Below, piece by piece: positions 1 through 9,054 of a stretch of DNA of 64,000 nt. This DNA comes from Andalucia godoyi And28 (taxonomy: Eukaryota > Protista > Jakobida). A program made the translations under genes and the position numbers. The stretch spans positions 186,001 through 250,000 of the forward strand of contig VRVR01000033.1 of NCBI GenBank assembly GCA_009859145.1. The letters are read 5' to 3'. The notes beneath the pieces are model-generated. The model did not search any database, was not told where the DNA came from, and saw only the letters and a list, made by a program, of their open reading frames with translations. Every line of letters begins with the position of its first letter. Within the stretch, counting starts at the first letter, position 1.

Positions 1-1
1 T

Positions 2-1222
2 GTCGTGACTGGAGCAATTGCGAACGGCGCCGTGACGTCGGAAAAACTGCGCATCTCAACAACGGTCATCAGCTCAAGCACACAACTTGCAACAAACACA
101 GCAGGGGCAGTTTTCGTTTCAGGAAACACAACCGTGGCATTGCCGAATCCTGCAGCAACAGTAGGGACGCAAATCACGTTTAAAAAGACGGATGCCGGCA
201 CGAAGAGCACTATTGCGGGCACAATAGACCAGTACACGACCGTCGTGCTGTCTTCTCAAAACGCAGTGTTGAGCGTGATGAGCGACGGTACCAAGTGGTC
301 CATACTGTTTGCGATTCCAGATTCGATGACTCCACGCCCCGGTCAAGGTGGACTTATTACTCTTGCGGATCGCAGCTCCACGAGAGCTGAAATCAAGTTC
401 TTTTGGGCCACGGACGACGACGACGATGTTGGTTCTCTGCAATACCGCATGTACTACTCGTCCTCGAGTGCAGACATGATGACTGTGCAAGGGATCGAAG
501 CAACCGGTATCCCCATTGGGATAACTTCTTGGAGTACAATGGCCCAGCTGACCGCAAGTGAAGAACAGTCCGATAAGAACTACGCCTACATTTCGGCCAG
601 TCTTCCTAGTGTTGGTGCGTATTTTCTGAACGTGCTTGTTCGAGATCCGCACAACAACACTGCTGCATACTCGTATCTTCAGGTCACCCCTGCGTCTCTC
701 ATTGCTGTCTGGGCGTACGAAACCCTTCTTGACGGCAACATTGGCGGTCGAACCGGTGCGAATGCAAAATGTGCTTCTTCCTCGTTTCGTCCGCTTGGAT
801 TCAACGGATATGGCGCTCTGATCTCTGTCGGAGGAAATGACCGCTGGAAGACGGGCAATGTTCCATGGAAAGACTGGAACGACGGAGTTCCTTATTTCTA
901 CACGATTACCGGGCAGTATTTAGCAGCGCAGATGGTGAACACATGGACGACCAACGGATTCTCCTTGAGTTCTGCGCTGAATTCCTCCAGCCAGATTGCA
1001 CAGTACACGGCATCTTCCAATGCCAAATACTGGACCGGTACATTTGCGAATGGAACTGCAACTCCCGACACATGCAATGGATGGACATCGAACTCTGCCC
1101 TGCTCTCGGGGACCCTTGGAGACGGGTCAAGCAAAACCCCCCTGTGGATAAACAACGGCACTTCTTCTTGCAACCAAATGCTCCCAATGCTGTGCATCGC
1201 CTACTGGAAGAGTTTTGCTTAA
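2..1222 (+). CDS. 5'-truncated mosaic protein: phage tail-fibre-like segment + FN3-like domain + C-terminal DUF1554 (Leptospira endostatin-like) domain
   Basis: The frame is open from the window edge. Motifs: GAIANGAVTSEKL; VALP..TFKKTD..TIDQ..LSSQ..SDGTKW; W-ATDD..LQYRMYYS..YFLNVLVRDPHNN (FN3-like); GNIGGRTGANAKC..YWTG..TCNGWTS..SCNQMLPMLCI (DUF1554-like). Confidence 0.6.
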   Translation, partial: VVTGAIANGAVTSEKLRISTTVISSSTQLATNTAGAVFVSGNTTVALPNPAATVGTQITFKKTDAGTKSTIAGTIDQYTTVVLSSQNAVLSVMSDGTKWSILFAIPDSMTPRPGQGGLITLADRSSTRAEIKFFWATDDDDDVGSLQYRMYYSSSSADMMTVQGIEATGIPIGITSWSTMAQLTASEEQSDKNYAYISASLPSVGAYFLNVLVRDPHNNTAAYSYLQVTPASLIAVWAYETLLDGNIGGRTGANAKCASSSFRPLGFNGYGALISVGGNDRWKTGNVPWKDWNDGVPYFYTITGQYLAAQMVNTWTTNGFSLSSALNSSSQIAQYTASSNAKYWTGTFANGTATPDTCNGWTSNSALLSGTLGDGSSKTPLWINNGTSSCNQMLPMLCIAYWKSFA

Positions 1223-1698
1223 CCACCGCATAGGAGTGGCGTACGCTACCTTTTTTTATAGCACTCGGTATCACCCAGTTCATAATAAATTCAGTCTTCT
1301 TCTTCTTCTAATAATAATGAAATGAATTAAAATAAACTGTTCGTAGTAGCAGAACCCCCCCGCTTTCCTCTCTCTTCTTTTGGATCCTGGTTTGATTTGA
1401 TGAGCAACTGAGCATTGAGGCTTGAGCAGCTCTCCGAAATAAATTGAGCGAGAACAAATATGAGATCACTGCGCTATTCGTTTCGCATCTCGGATTTTTC
1501 CAAATACACATTTCATTGTCACTTCGGTTTTCTTCTTCTCCCATTGTTATTATTTTTCCCCTTCTATTATTCAAAACACCTTTCTTCTTCTTCTTCTTCT
1601 TCTTCTTCTTCTTTTCTCTTCCTTTTCCCGTCTCTGTGCCTTTCCCTGTATCTCTATTCTGTGTGAGAAGAAATCCAGTTGAAATCAAAACGCGAGGA

Positions 1699-4600
1699 AT
1701 GTTGCGTCGAGTGATTTCTGGATCTGTTCGTCCGGCAATCCAGAGCCGCGCGTCTCTCGTTCTTCTTGGTTCCCGCTCCTATGCATCCTCCACTGTCGTC
1801 GTCGCCGCTGCCTCGACTTCTCCGTTTGCACCTCTTGATTCGTTTACGCGGCGCCACATTGGATCCTCCGACAAGGATCTTGGAGAAATGCTCAACACGG
1901 TCGGAGCAACCTCGCTTGACGGACTCGTCTCTGCAACTGTGCCGCCTGCTATCTACCGTTCCTCGTTGCTCAACCTTGGACCGGAGAAGGCAGAGTCGAC
2001 CTCCCTTTCTGAGCTCAAGGCAATTGCCTCGCAGAACAAGGTCCTGAAGTCGTTTATTGGCCAGGGATTCTACGGAACTATCACACCGCCCGTGGTTCTT
2101 CGCAACGTCATCGAAAACCCGGCGTGGTACACCTCATATACACCTTACCAGGCCGAGATTGCTCAGGGAAGACTTGAATCGCTGCTTAACTTCCAGCAGA
2201 TGGTTCAGGATCTTACCGGATTTGACTGCGCAAACGCATCCCTGCTAGACGAAGCCACTGCATGTGCAGAGGCTCTCTCGTTCACGCACCGTGTTGTCGC
2301 TGCGAATATCTTCTCTGGAGAGGCAGATGCAGCCGAGGTGAACGCAGGAAAGAACACGTTTATTGTGTCGGCAGATTGCCATCCGCAGGACATCGCTGTT
2401 GTCAAGACCCGTGCATATCCGCTCGGAATTACAGTGAAGGTTGTGCAGACCGTCGAGGAAATTGCAGTGTTGTTGAACGGAAAGGACGCTCTCAAGTCTG
2501 TTTTTGGTGTCATGTTGCAGTATCCGACAACGGACGGACGTGTGTTGTCTGTTGAGAAGCTTCAGAATGTGGCAGCAGCAGCAAAGAAGGCGGGCGCCAT
2601 GACGGTTGCCGTTACGGATTTGCTTGCCCTCACCATGGTGCGCCCGCCAGCGGAGTGGGGCGCCGATGTCGCAATCGGTTCTTCGCAACGTTTTGGTGTT
2701 CCCATGAACTACGGTGGCCCCCTTGCGGCGTTCTTCGCGACCTCCGAGAAGTTCAAGCGGCAAGCTCCCGGAAGAATTATTGGTGTTTCTAAGGACTCCC
2801 GTGGTCGCCCGGCCCTTCGTATGGCACTTCAGACTCGCGAGCAGCACATTCGCCGTGAAAAGGCGACCTCGAACATTTGCACTGCACAGGCTCTTCTTGC
2901 CAATGTGGCCGCGATGTACGCAGTTTATCATGGTGCTGAAGGGCTTACGGCAATTGCGAACCGAGCGCATGGAATGGCAGAGACGCTCCGCCAAGGTCTC
3001 GTTGATCTGGGTCTGTTGAATGGCGCACAACTCCAAGAAGTCTTTGACACCTTCGTTGTTGCAAATCTGACTTCTGCAGAAGCGGCTGCCGTTCACTCGC
3101 GCTCTGTATCCCTTGGTTTCAATCTTCGAAATGTGAATGCAACCTCGATTGGTGTTTCTGTTGACGAAACCACAACTCGTGAAGATCTTGTCAAGGTTCT
3201 TGCTGCGTTTGTTGGGGATTTGCCGTCGTGGAAGACAAGCACCGTCGAAAAGGTTCCCGCAGCCCAGTGGGAAAAGGAATTGGCGGCTCGCTTGAAGGCC
3301 CCGAAGGCAGAGAGTGTCCTTGAGCATCTTTACGAGCGTGCACAAAGTGCCGGGCGGTTGAGCTTCTCAAAGGATACGAAGAGAACGTCTGCTTTCCTGA
3401 CTCACCCGGTTTTCCAGTCATACCACACCGAGCATGAGATGTTGCGTTACCTCCATCGTCTGCAGGCTCGCGATATCTCGCTTGCCAATTCCATGATTGC
3501 TCTTGGATCATGCACAATGAAGCTGAATGCGACCGTTGAACTCATTCCCGTTACTTGGCCTGAGTTTGCAAACATGCATCCGTATGCTCCTGTTGACCAG
3601 GCTGCCGGATATGAGCGCTTGTTCGCCGACCTACGCACGTGGCTGTCCGAAATCACTGGATTTCCCGGCCTGTCTTTGCAACCGATCTCGGGATCTTCTG
3701 GAGAATATGCAGGTCTCATGGTGATCCGCAAGTATCTTGAAGCAAAGGGCGAAATTCCCAAGCGTAACATTTGTCTGATCCCTGTTTCAGCGCACGGTAC
3801 CAATCCCGCTTCTGCAGTTCTCGTCGGTTTCGATGTCATGACTGTTGCCTGCGACAAGGACGGAAACGTCGATCTGGCGGATCTTGAAGCCAAGTTGGCT
3901 CAACATGGAGAGAACGTCGCATGCGTCATGGTGACGTATCCGTCGACGCATGGAATTTACGAAGAGGGCATCCGACAGATCACTGCAGCAGTTCACAAGG
4001 TTGGCGCTCAGGTTTACATGGATGGAGCCAACATGAACGCACAGGTTGGTCTGACCCGTCCGGCGGACATCGGTGCGGATGTTTGCCACCTGAACTTGCA
4101 CAAGACGTTTGCGATCCCCCATGGTGGCGGTGGACCTCCTGCCGCTCCGATTGGTGTTGCCGCACATCTGGTGCCGTACATGCCGGGAAACCCTCTCGAC
4201 GTGGAGGCAAACTCTACAAATGTCCTCGGTGCTGTTTCAGGCACTCGTGTTGCAGTTCCCGCAATTCTCCCGATTTCCTGGACGTACATCAATTTGATGG
4301 GCGCGTCTGGTCTTCGCAAAGCGACGTCCGTGGCGATTCTTAATGCAAACTACATGGCCAAGCGGTTGGAAAAGCACTATCCTGTGCTGTATCGCGGAAA
4401 GAACGGATTCGCAGCTCACGAATTCATTCTTGATTTGAGACCCATCAAGGCAGTCACTGGCATTGAAGCTGAGGATATCGCAAAGCGCCTTATGGACTAT
4501 GGTTTCCATGCTCCCACGATGTCTTTCCCTGTTTCCGGTACCTTGATGATTGAACCTACGGAGTCTGAGTCCCGCGCAGAGCTTGATCGATTTTGTGATG

Positions 4601-4887
4601 TTATGATTCAGATCCGTGCCGAAATTGCCGAGATCGAAGCTGGTCGTATGGATCGCAAGAACAATCCTTTGAAGAATGCGCCGCACACTGCTGCTGACCT
4701 GTCGGATTCCAACTGGAATCGCCCGTATTCCCGTGAGACTGCGGCTTTCCCGCTCCCGTACCTCCGTAACTCCAAGTTCTGGCCCTCCGTGAACCGTGTG
4801 GATAACCTCCATGGCGATCGTGCATTTACGTGCTCATGCTGGGGTGTTCCACTGACCGAGTACAACAACCTGAAGAAGGTTGCGTAA
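1699..4887 (+). CDS. GLDC: Glycine dehydrogenase (decarboxylating), glycine cleavage P-protein, mitochondrial precursor
   Basis: WYTSYTPYQAEIAQGRLESLLNFQ, QTREQHIRREKATSNICTAQALLAN, LGSCTMKLN, HGTNPASA and the PLP-lysine motif HLNLHKTF. The first ATG is at 1699 (MLRRVISGSVRPAIQSR, Arg/Ser-rich presequence). 1062 aa, no intron. Confidence 0.97.
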   Translation: MLRRVISGSVRPAIQSRASLVLLGSRSYASSTVVVAAASTSPFAPLDSFTRRHIGSSDKDLGEMLNTVGATSLDGLVSATVPPAIYRSSLLNLGPEKAESTSLSELKAIASQNKVLKSFIGQGFYGTITPPVVLRNVIENPAWYTSYTPYQAEIAQGRLESLLNFQQMVQDLTGFDCANASLLDEATACAEALSFTHRVVAANIFSGEADAAEVNAGKNTFIVSADCHPQDIAVVKTRAYPLGITVKVVQTVEEIAVLLNGKDALKSVFGVMLQYPTTDGRVLSVEKLQNVAAAAKKAGAMTVAVTDLLALTMVRPPAEWGADVAIGSSQRFGVPMNYGGPLAAFFATSEKFKRQAPGRIIGVSKDSRGRPALRMALQTREQHIRREKATSNICTAQALLANVAAMYAVYHGAEGLTAIANRAHGMAETLRQGLVDLGLLNGAQLQEVFDTFVVANLTSAEAAAVHSRSVSLGFNLRNVNATSIGVSVDETTTREDLVKVLAAFVGDLPSWKTSTVEKVPAAQWEKELAARLKAPKAESVLEHLYERAQSAGRLSFSKDTKRTSAFLTHPVFQSYHTEHEMLRYLHRLQARDISLANSMIALGSCTMKLNATVELIPVTWPEFANMHPYAPVDQAAGYERLFADLRTWLSEITGFPGLSLQPISGSSGEYAGLMVIRKYLEAKGEIPKRNICLIPVSAHGTNPASAVLVGFDVMTVACDKDGNVDLADLEAKLAQHGENVACVMVTYPSTHGIYEEGIRQITAAVHKVGAQVYMDGANMNAQVGLTRPADIGADVCHLNLHKTFAIPHGGGGPPAAPIGVAAHLVPYMPGNPLDVEANSTNVLGAVSGTRVAVPAILPISWTYINLMGASGLRKATSVAILNANYMAKRLEKHYPVLYRGKNGFAAHEFILDLRPIKAVTGIEAEDIAKRLMDYGFHAPTMSFPVSGTLMIEPTESESRAELDRFCDVMIQIRAEIAEIEAGRMDRKNNPLKNAPHTAADLSDSNWNRPYSRETAAFPLPYLRNSKFWPSVNRVDNLHGDRAFTCSCWGVPLTEYNNLKKVA

Positions 4888-5135
4888 GCGGTGAAGATAC
4901 GTAGTTTTCAGTACGATTTGTGGTTTTGATGTGGTGTATGCATGTGCATGTGTATGCGCTGTATGTGTTTTTTGCATTGTGTGTTAGTAGCAATATGGTA
5001 TTCTTTGAAGGAATTAGTAATTAAAATTAAATAAAAAAAAAAGAAAACAAAAAACTCTTTGGAGGTTTTCTATATGTATTGCGCCTTGTGTGATCTTCGT
5101 TGCAGGGCAACAAAATCAACTAAATGCATGGGTGC

Positions 5136-7601
5136 TCACCATTGCGAAACTAATGGTCTTCTCGTTTTGGGTTGCAAGTGTCGATCGAAGAAGTCCAGTT
5201 GTTTCCAGTCATACCAAACATTCGATCCAACGCGCCTTAAACCATGCCGTTCGGCCATGAGAACCACCAAATCATGAGGCTTGCCTGCCTCGACAAGAGC
5301 GTCTATCAAGCATTCTGTATGTTTGAACAAGACATTTTCGTCCATGGATCCGTGAACGATCATCAATCGAGGGGGCATGGAGTCGGGAAATGTGTCTGTG
5401 TGTTCCACAACATTACCTGCAATGTACCCTTGTGCATTATCCGACGGCCGCTCCATGTATCGCTCTGTATACCCGGTATCATACAGTCTCCAGTCAACAA
5501 CAGGCGCGCCTGCGCTTGCACAGTTGAAGAAATGCGGGTACTGGCACATGGCCAGTAGAGACATGTACCCGCCATACGAAAAGCCAAAAATGCCAACCCG
5601 CCCCAGATCGATACGCAGTTTAACTTCCTCCTGCAGATATTGCAGTCCGTCGATCTGGTCTTGCAACTGCGAAGCATGGCCTAGACGACGGTAAAGGGTT
5701 GCCTCGAATTCCTGTCCGCGCCGGAACGATCCGGCACCGTCAACCATGACAACCACATAGCCCTGACTAGCGTACATTTGCATTCGACCCCACATTGTGA
5801 GGGAATACGACTCGGACACAAGTTGCACATGCGGACCACCATACACATACACGAGCACAGGAAACCGTGACTGTGATTCAGGCTCGGCGTAGTCTGGTGG
5901 CAAATAATAGCACCCGAACAGGCGTTCCTTATTTCCGGAAGTTCGGCAGAAGGAGAACATTTGAGGAGGGTGCATTTGCGGCCATGCAATTGGGCAGACT
6001 GACGGAGCGGGAACTCCACAATACGGGTGCGAGATCTCAAGTGCATCGTCGGCTCCCAGGACATCTTGCAGAAAGATTCTGTGCGGCTCACTTCGAGACG
6101 ACGTGCAATACACAAGAAGACGCCGCGGACCATTGAACGAGACCGCATCGACCATCCGTTTGGTACTGGTTACTCGGATAACACCATCATGCTGCTGTTG
6201 TTGGCACTCACTGCTAGCAAATGACGCCATATAAACATGCGACTCAACAGCAGAGTCACGGTTCGCCGTGAAAAAGATACGTCTCTGCGATTCGTTGATC
6301 CACGATCGTCCGTCGACCTGCCAGATCTGTGAAAAGTCGTCCATTGGAACCGAAGAATCCAGAATGGGTGAAAGGCGAGTAATGCACCGCGCGACTTCGT
6401 ATCGTGGCACAAGAGTGTCTGCTGAGACAGGGACCGCGTCAGCGCTGCGTCTGGTCAGCAAAAAGAGATTCCGCAGTCCATGAGAACACAGTGTCTCAGA
6501 CCCAATCACGAAATCCCCATTTGCCATCATGAAAGTGTGATTGTCTGTGTTAATCCATGTGGACGATGTCTCGTGGTACGCGAGGACCGGAACGAAGCGA
6601 TCTGCGTGAGAGGAGAAGTCGCATGAGAAGATCCAGCGGTTTCGCTGCAATCGATCCATTAACTCAAACCAGAACTGTGCTCCCGAAGAACTCCAACCCA
6701 TCCGCGTAATATACTCCCATTTTTCATCCATTCTCGAAAGATCTACAGGTGCATAACCAGTTACGGCCATCGGAGCGGAATCATTGCTTCTGCCGAGATA
6801 CGCAACAAACAATGACACCAGCGCATTCGGTGTCCCAGCCAGTGGATAGGCGTACGAGTCGACGCCCGCGGGATCCTTTGGCTTCACGACAAGTACCTGG
6901 CCGACAGGGCTGGAATCAACTCTGCGGAACAGGATGGCCTGGCCAGACGGCTGGAGGCTCGATCCAGAAACAAGATCAAATTCTTCCTGCATGATGAACT
7001 CTGCCATGCCATACGCTACTTTCTCTCCTGTTTCCCCCAGAACAGACTCGGCATTCACGGTAACACAGGACTCTGTGCGAGACACCATATCGAAAACATA
7101 GAGATGTTTTCCGAGAACGTATGTCAAAAACGAGCCGTCGGAGGAGCATTTCAGGTCGAGGAACGCATCACCGTTTGCGCAGCTTGTCAAAAATTGAGGG
7201 ATCAGATCTAAAGACGTTTCGGTTACACACGAGCAGTCCGCATAAAACATGTTATTTCCAGAAGCAAACAAGACATAGTCTTTCGATGGGCAGTACACAA
7301 ACGACGTAATTCCCGTTCCGGTCTGTCGAAGTCGCTCACGCAGCAGCGTTTCTTCAAGAGTGAGCGTCTGTTGATCCACCGGCAACGAGGATACCAGCAC
7401 ATTCGACTTATTCCATTTTGGAAAATACACAAATAGCGCTTGCCTTCCACCACGCGAGCTGTCTGCCGCTAGATAGTACACTTTTTCAGAGTCGCTCGAA
7501 AACGCAAACGCATGCGGAATTCCAGCAAGCCGCGTCCGCAGAAACGTGCATTTTTCCACAAACGAAAGAACGTCGCTCTTATGCCTCATTTCCCTGCCCA
7601 T
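5136..7601 (-). CDS. DPP9: Dipeptidyl peptidase 8/9-like serine peptidase (family S9B)
   Basis: VYVYGGPHVQLV, GFSYGG (Ser), YDTGYTERYM, HGSMDENV (Asp), ERHGLR (His) and the IMQEEF double-Glu motif. No signal peptide. Confidence 0.9.
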   Translation of the reverse strand: MGREMRHKSDVLSFVEKCTFLRTRLAGIPHAFAFSSDSEKVYYLAADSSRGGRQALFVYFPKWNKSNVLVSSLPVDQQTLTLEETLLRERLRQTGTGITSFVYCPSKDYVLFASGNNMFYADCSCVTETSLDLIPQFLTSCANGDAFLDLKCSSDGSFLTYVLGKHLYVFDMVSRTESCVTVNAESVLGETGEKVAYGMAEFIMQEEFDLVSGSSLQPSGQAILFRRVDSSPVGQVLVVKPKDPAGVDSYAYPLAGTPNALVSLFVAYLGRSNDSAPMAVTGYAPVDLSRMDEKWEYITRMGWSSSGAQFWFELMDRLQRNRWIFSCDFSSHADRFVPVLAYHETSSTWINTDNHTFMMANGDFVIGSETLCSHGLRNLFLLTRRSADAVPVSADTLVPRYEVARCITRLSPILDSSVPMDDFSQIWQVDGRSWINESQRRIFFTANRDSAVESHVYMASFASSECQQQQHDGVIRVTSTKRMVDAVSFNGPRRLLVYCTSSRSEPHRIFLQDVLGADDALEISHPYCGVPAPSVCPIAWPQMHPPQMFSFCRTSGNKERLFGCYYLPPDYAEPESQSRFPVLVYVYGGPHVQLVSESYSLTMWGRMQMYASQGYVVVMVDGAGSFRRGQEFEATLYRRLGHASQLQDQIDGLQYLQEEVKLRIDLGRVGIFGFSYGGYMSLLAMCQYPHFFNCASAGAPVVDWRLYDTGYTERYMERPSDNAQGYIAGNVVEHTDTFPDSMPPRLMIVHGSMDENVLFKHTECLIDALVEAGKPHDLVVLMAERHGLRRVGSNVWYDWKQLDFFDRHLQPKTRRPLVSQW

Positions 7602-8083
7602 CCCTCCACCAGAGCTTCAGCGATTCAACAGAAATGAAAACGGAAAGCGGGAAGCAGAAAGCAGAAAGCAGAAAGCAGAAAGCAGAACGGATTTCAGGCA
7701 TTTTTGCGAATCAAACTCGAAATGCAAACTCGAAACTGGGAAGAAAGACCATGTCTTGCGGCCGTTCAATTGTAGTGCGCATGTGTGATGTATGAATTAT
7801 GATACTCCCTGACTCTCGATGGTCGTCGGCTTGCGGCTTAGCGAGTGCTTATGGGCAAGGGGCAAGTGCTCGTGGATGAAGGACTAAGAAGCATAGAAAC
7901 CTGTGAAGGCTCGCGCGTGAGAGTCCTGGCATCCATTGCTGGAAGATGGGACCAACGAGCAAGCCCAGGCACGACTGCGGGGTCGTGCAATACGACGGAA
8001 GACAGTTAAGAAGGACGGAAGAGGAAGGAATAGCTCTGATTTACTTTTGCATTGGAAGGGAGAGAGAGAGAGAGAGAGAAGGC

Positions 8084-8536
8084 CTAGTGTTTCTTGTCCT
8101 CGACGGCCTTTGCATAAGCCTTTGCATCGAGCAAGGACTCGAGTTCCTTTTCGTTATCGAGCTGAATCTGGATGAGCCAGCCCTCGGTCTCTGGGGCAGT
8201 GTCAATGAGGGAATTGTCATCGACTGCCGCCTTGTTGATGGCAACGATCTTTCCCGATGCCGGAGCATACAGCGAAGCAGTCGTCTTGACATTCTCAATG
8301 ACTCCAAACTCCTTACCCTGCGACACCTTGGTTCCAACAGCAGGCAAGTCGACGTTCGCCACTCCATTCAGCGTGTCAGACGCAAACTTTGAGATTCCAA
8401 CCGTTGCAAGCTTCTTGGCTGCATCATCCACACGGATCCACTCATCGGACTTTGTGTAGCGAGACGCAGAAGAGGAAAACAAACGCAGAGTAACTGCAGA
8501 TCGAGGGCACACTACAGTTCGCACAAACGACAGCAT
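8084..8536 (-). CDS. GCSH: Glycine cleavage system H-protein (lipoyl carrier), mitochondrial precursor
   Basis: ATG at 8536 (MLSFVRTVVCPRSAVTLRLFSS presequence), YTKSDEWIRV, TVGIS, GVIENVKTT with the lipoyl Lys codon at 8285-8287, LYAPASGKIVAIN, PETEGWL. 150 aa. Confidence 0.92.
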   Translation of the reverse strand: MLSFVRTVVCPRSAVTLRLFSSSASRYTKSDEWIRVDDAAKKLATVGISKFASDTLNGVANVDLPAVGTKVSQGKEFGVIENVKTTASLYAPASGKIVAINKAAVDDNSLIDTAPETEGWLIQIQLDNEKELESLLDAKAYAKAVEDKKH

Positions 8537-9054
8537 CCTTTCCAATAGACGACGGTAATCCCTTGGAGCCAACAAAAGCCAATAAAAAAATTTAGAAAAA
8601 AAATCAAAAAATTTGAAGAAAAACAGACAAACAACAAGCAATGCTGCTATAATCGCAGCAAACGCAATGGAGCCAGCAGAGAGAAGGGAACCATTGAACA
8701 CGGACGAAAAGTCGCAGAAAAGACAGAGAGAGAGAGAGAGAGAATGGCCAATGACAGGACTGACAGGCGTTCTGATGTTTCCCTCTTGATGCACAGAGAG
8801 TGCCAATGAGTCGACACGCGTAGACATTGATGGAAAACAACAGCCTCTCTCTCTCTCTCTCTCGCGTGCGCGCACACGCACTTGCTGGGCTTTGGATAGG
8901 TTTCTTTTTTTGCTTCGTTGCAGATTTTGTTCCGTGGGTTGGCGAGGGTGTGTCAAGGCAAAATAAGAAGAAAGAAAAAGAAAAAGAAAGACGGAAAGAG
9001 AAGAGAAAGAAAGAAAGAGAAAGGGAGAGAAGAGAGGAAATAGAAAAAGTCAAA
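8537..9054. promoter_or_regulatory. Putative bidirectional promoter shared by GCSH and SHMT
   Basis: 518 nt between divergent ATGs, containing (GA)n, (CT)n and purine-rich tracts. Inferred from gene geometry only. Confidence 0.55.

Noticed and set aside
1236-1257. GTGGC-gtac-GCTAC hairpin followed by T7, resembling a bacterial intrinsic terminator after the DUF1554 gene
   Set aside because: The stem is only 5 bp with a wobble, and T/A tracts follow most genes here.
1444-1698. N-terminal extensions of ORF-track calls (GLDC from 1444, GCSH from 8956, SHMT from 8827, PDI from 47740, 32110 ORF)
   Set aside because: They begin at non-ATG or upstream codons and translate microsatellites (poly-F, ERER). 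Downstream ATGs give proper presequences or signal peptides.
2245-3345. Long antisense ORFs (also 15594-16583, 59728-60573, 12873-13319 and others)
   Set aside because: They are shadows of well-supported genes on the opposite strand and have no motifs.
7800-8030. Possible glycine riboswitch, hammerhead or U1 snRNA
   Set aside because: It lacks GGAGA..CCGAAG..CTCTCAGG, CTGATGA..GAAA with stems, and ACTTACCTG plus an Sm site. It is kept only as a generic structured-RNA candidate.
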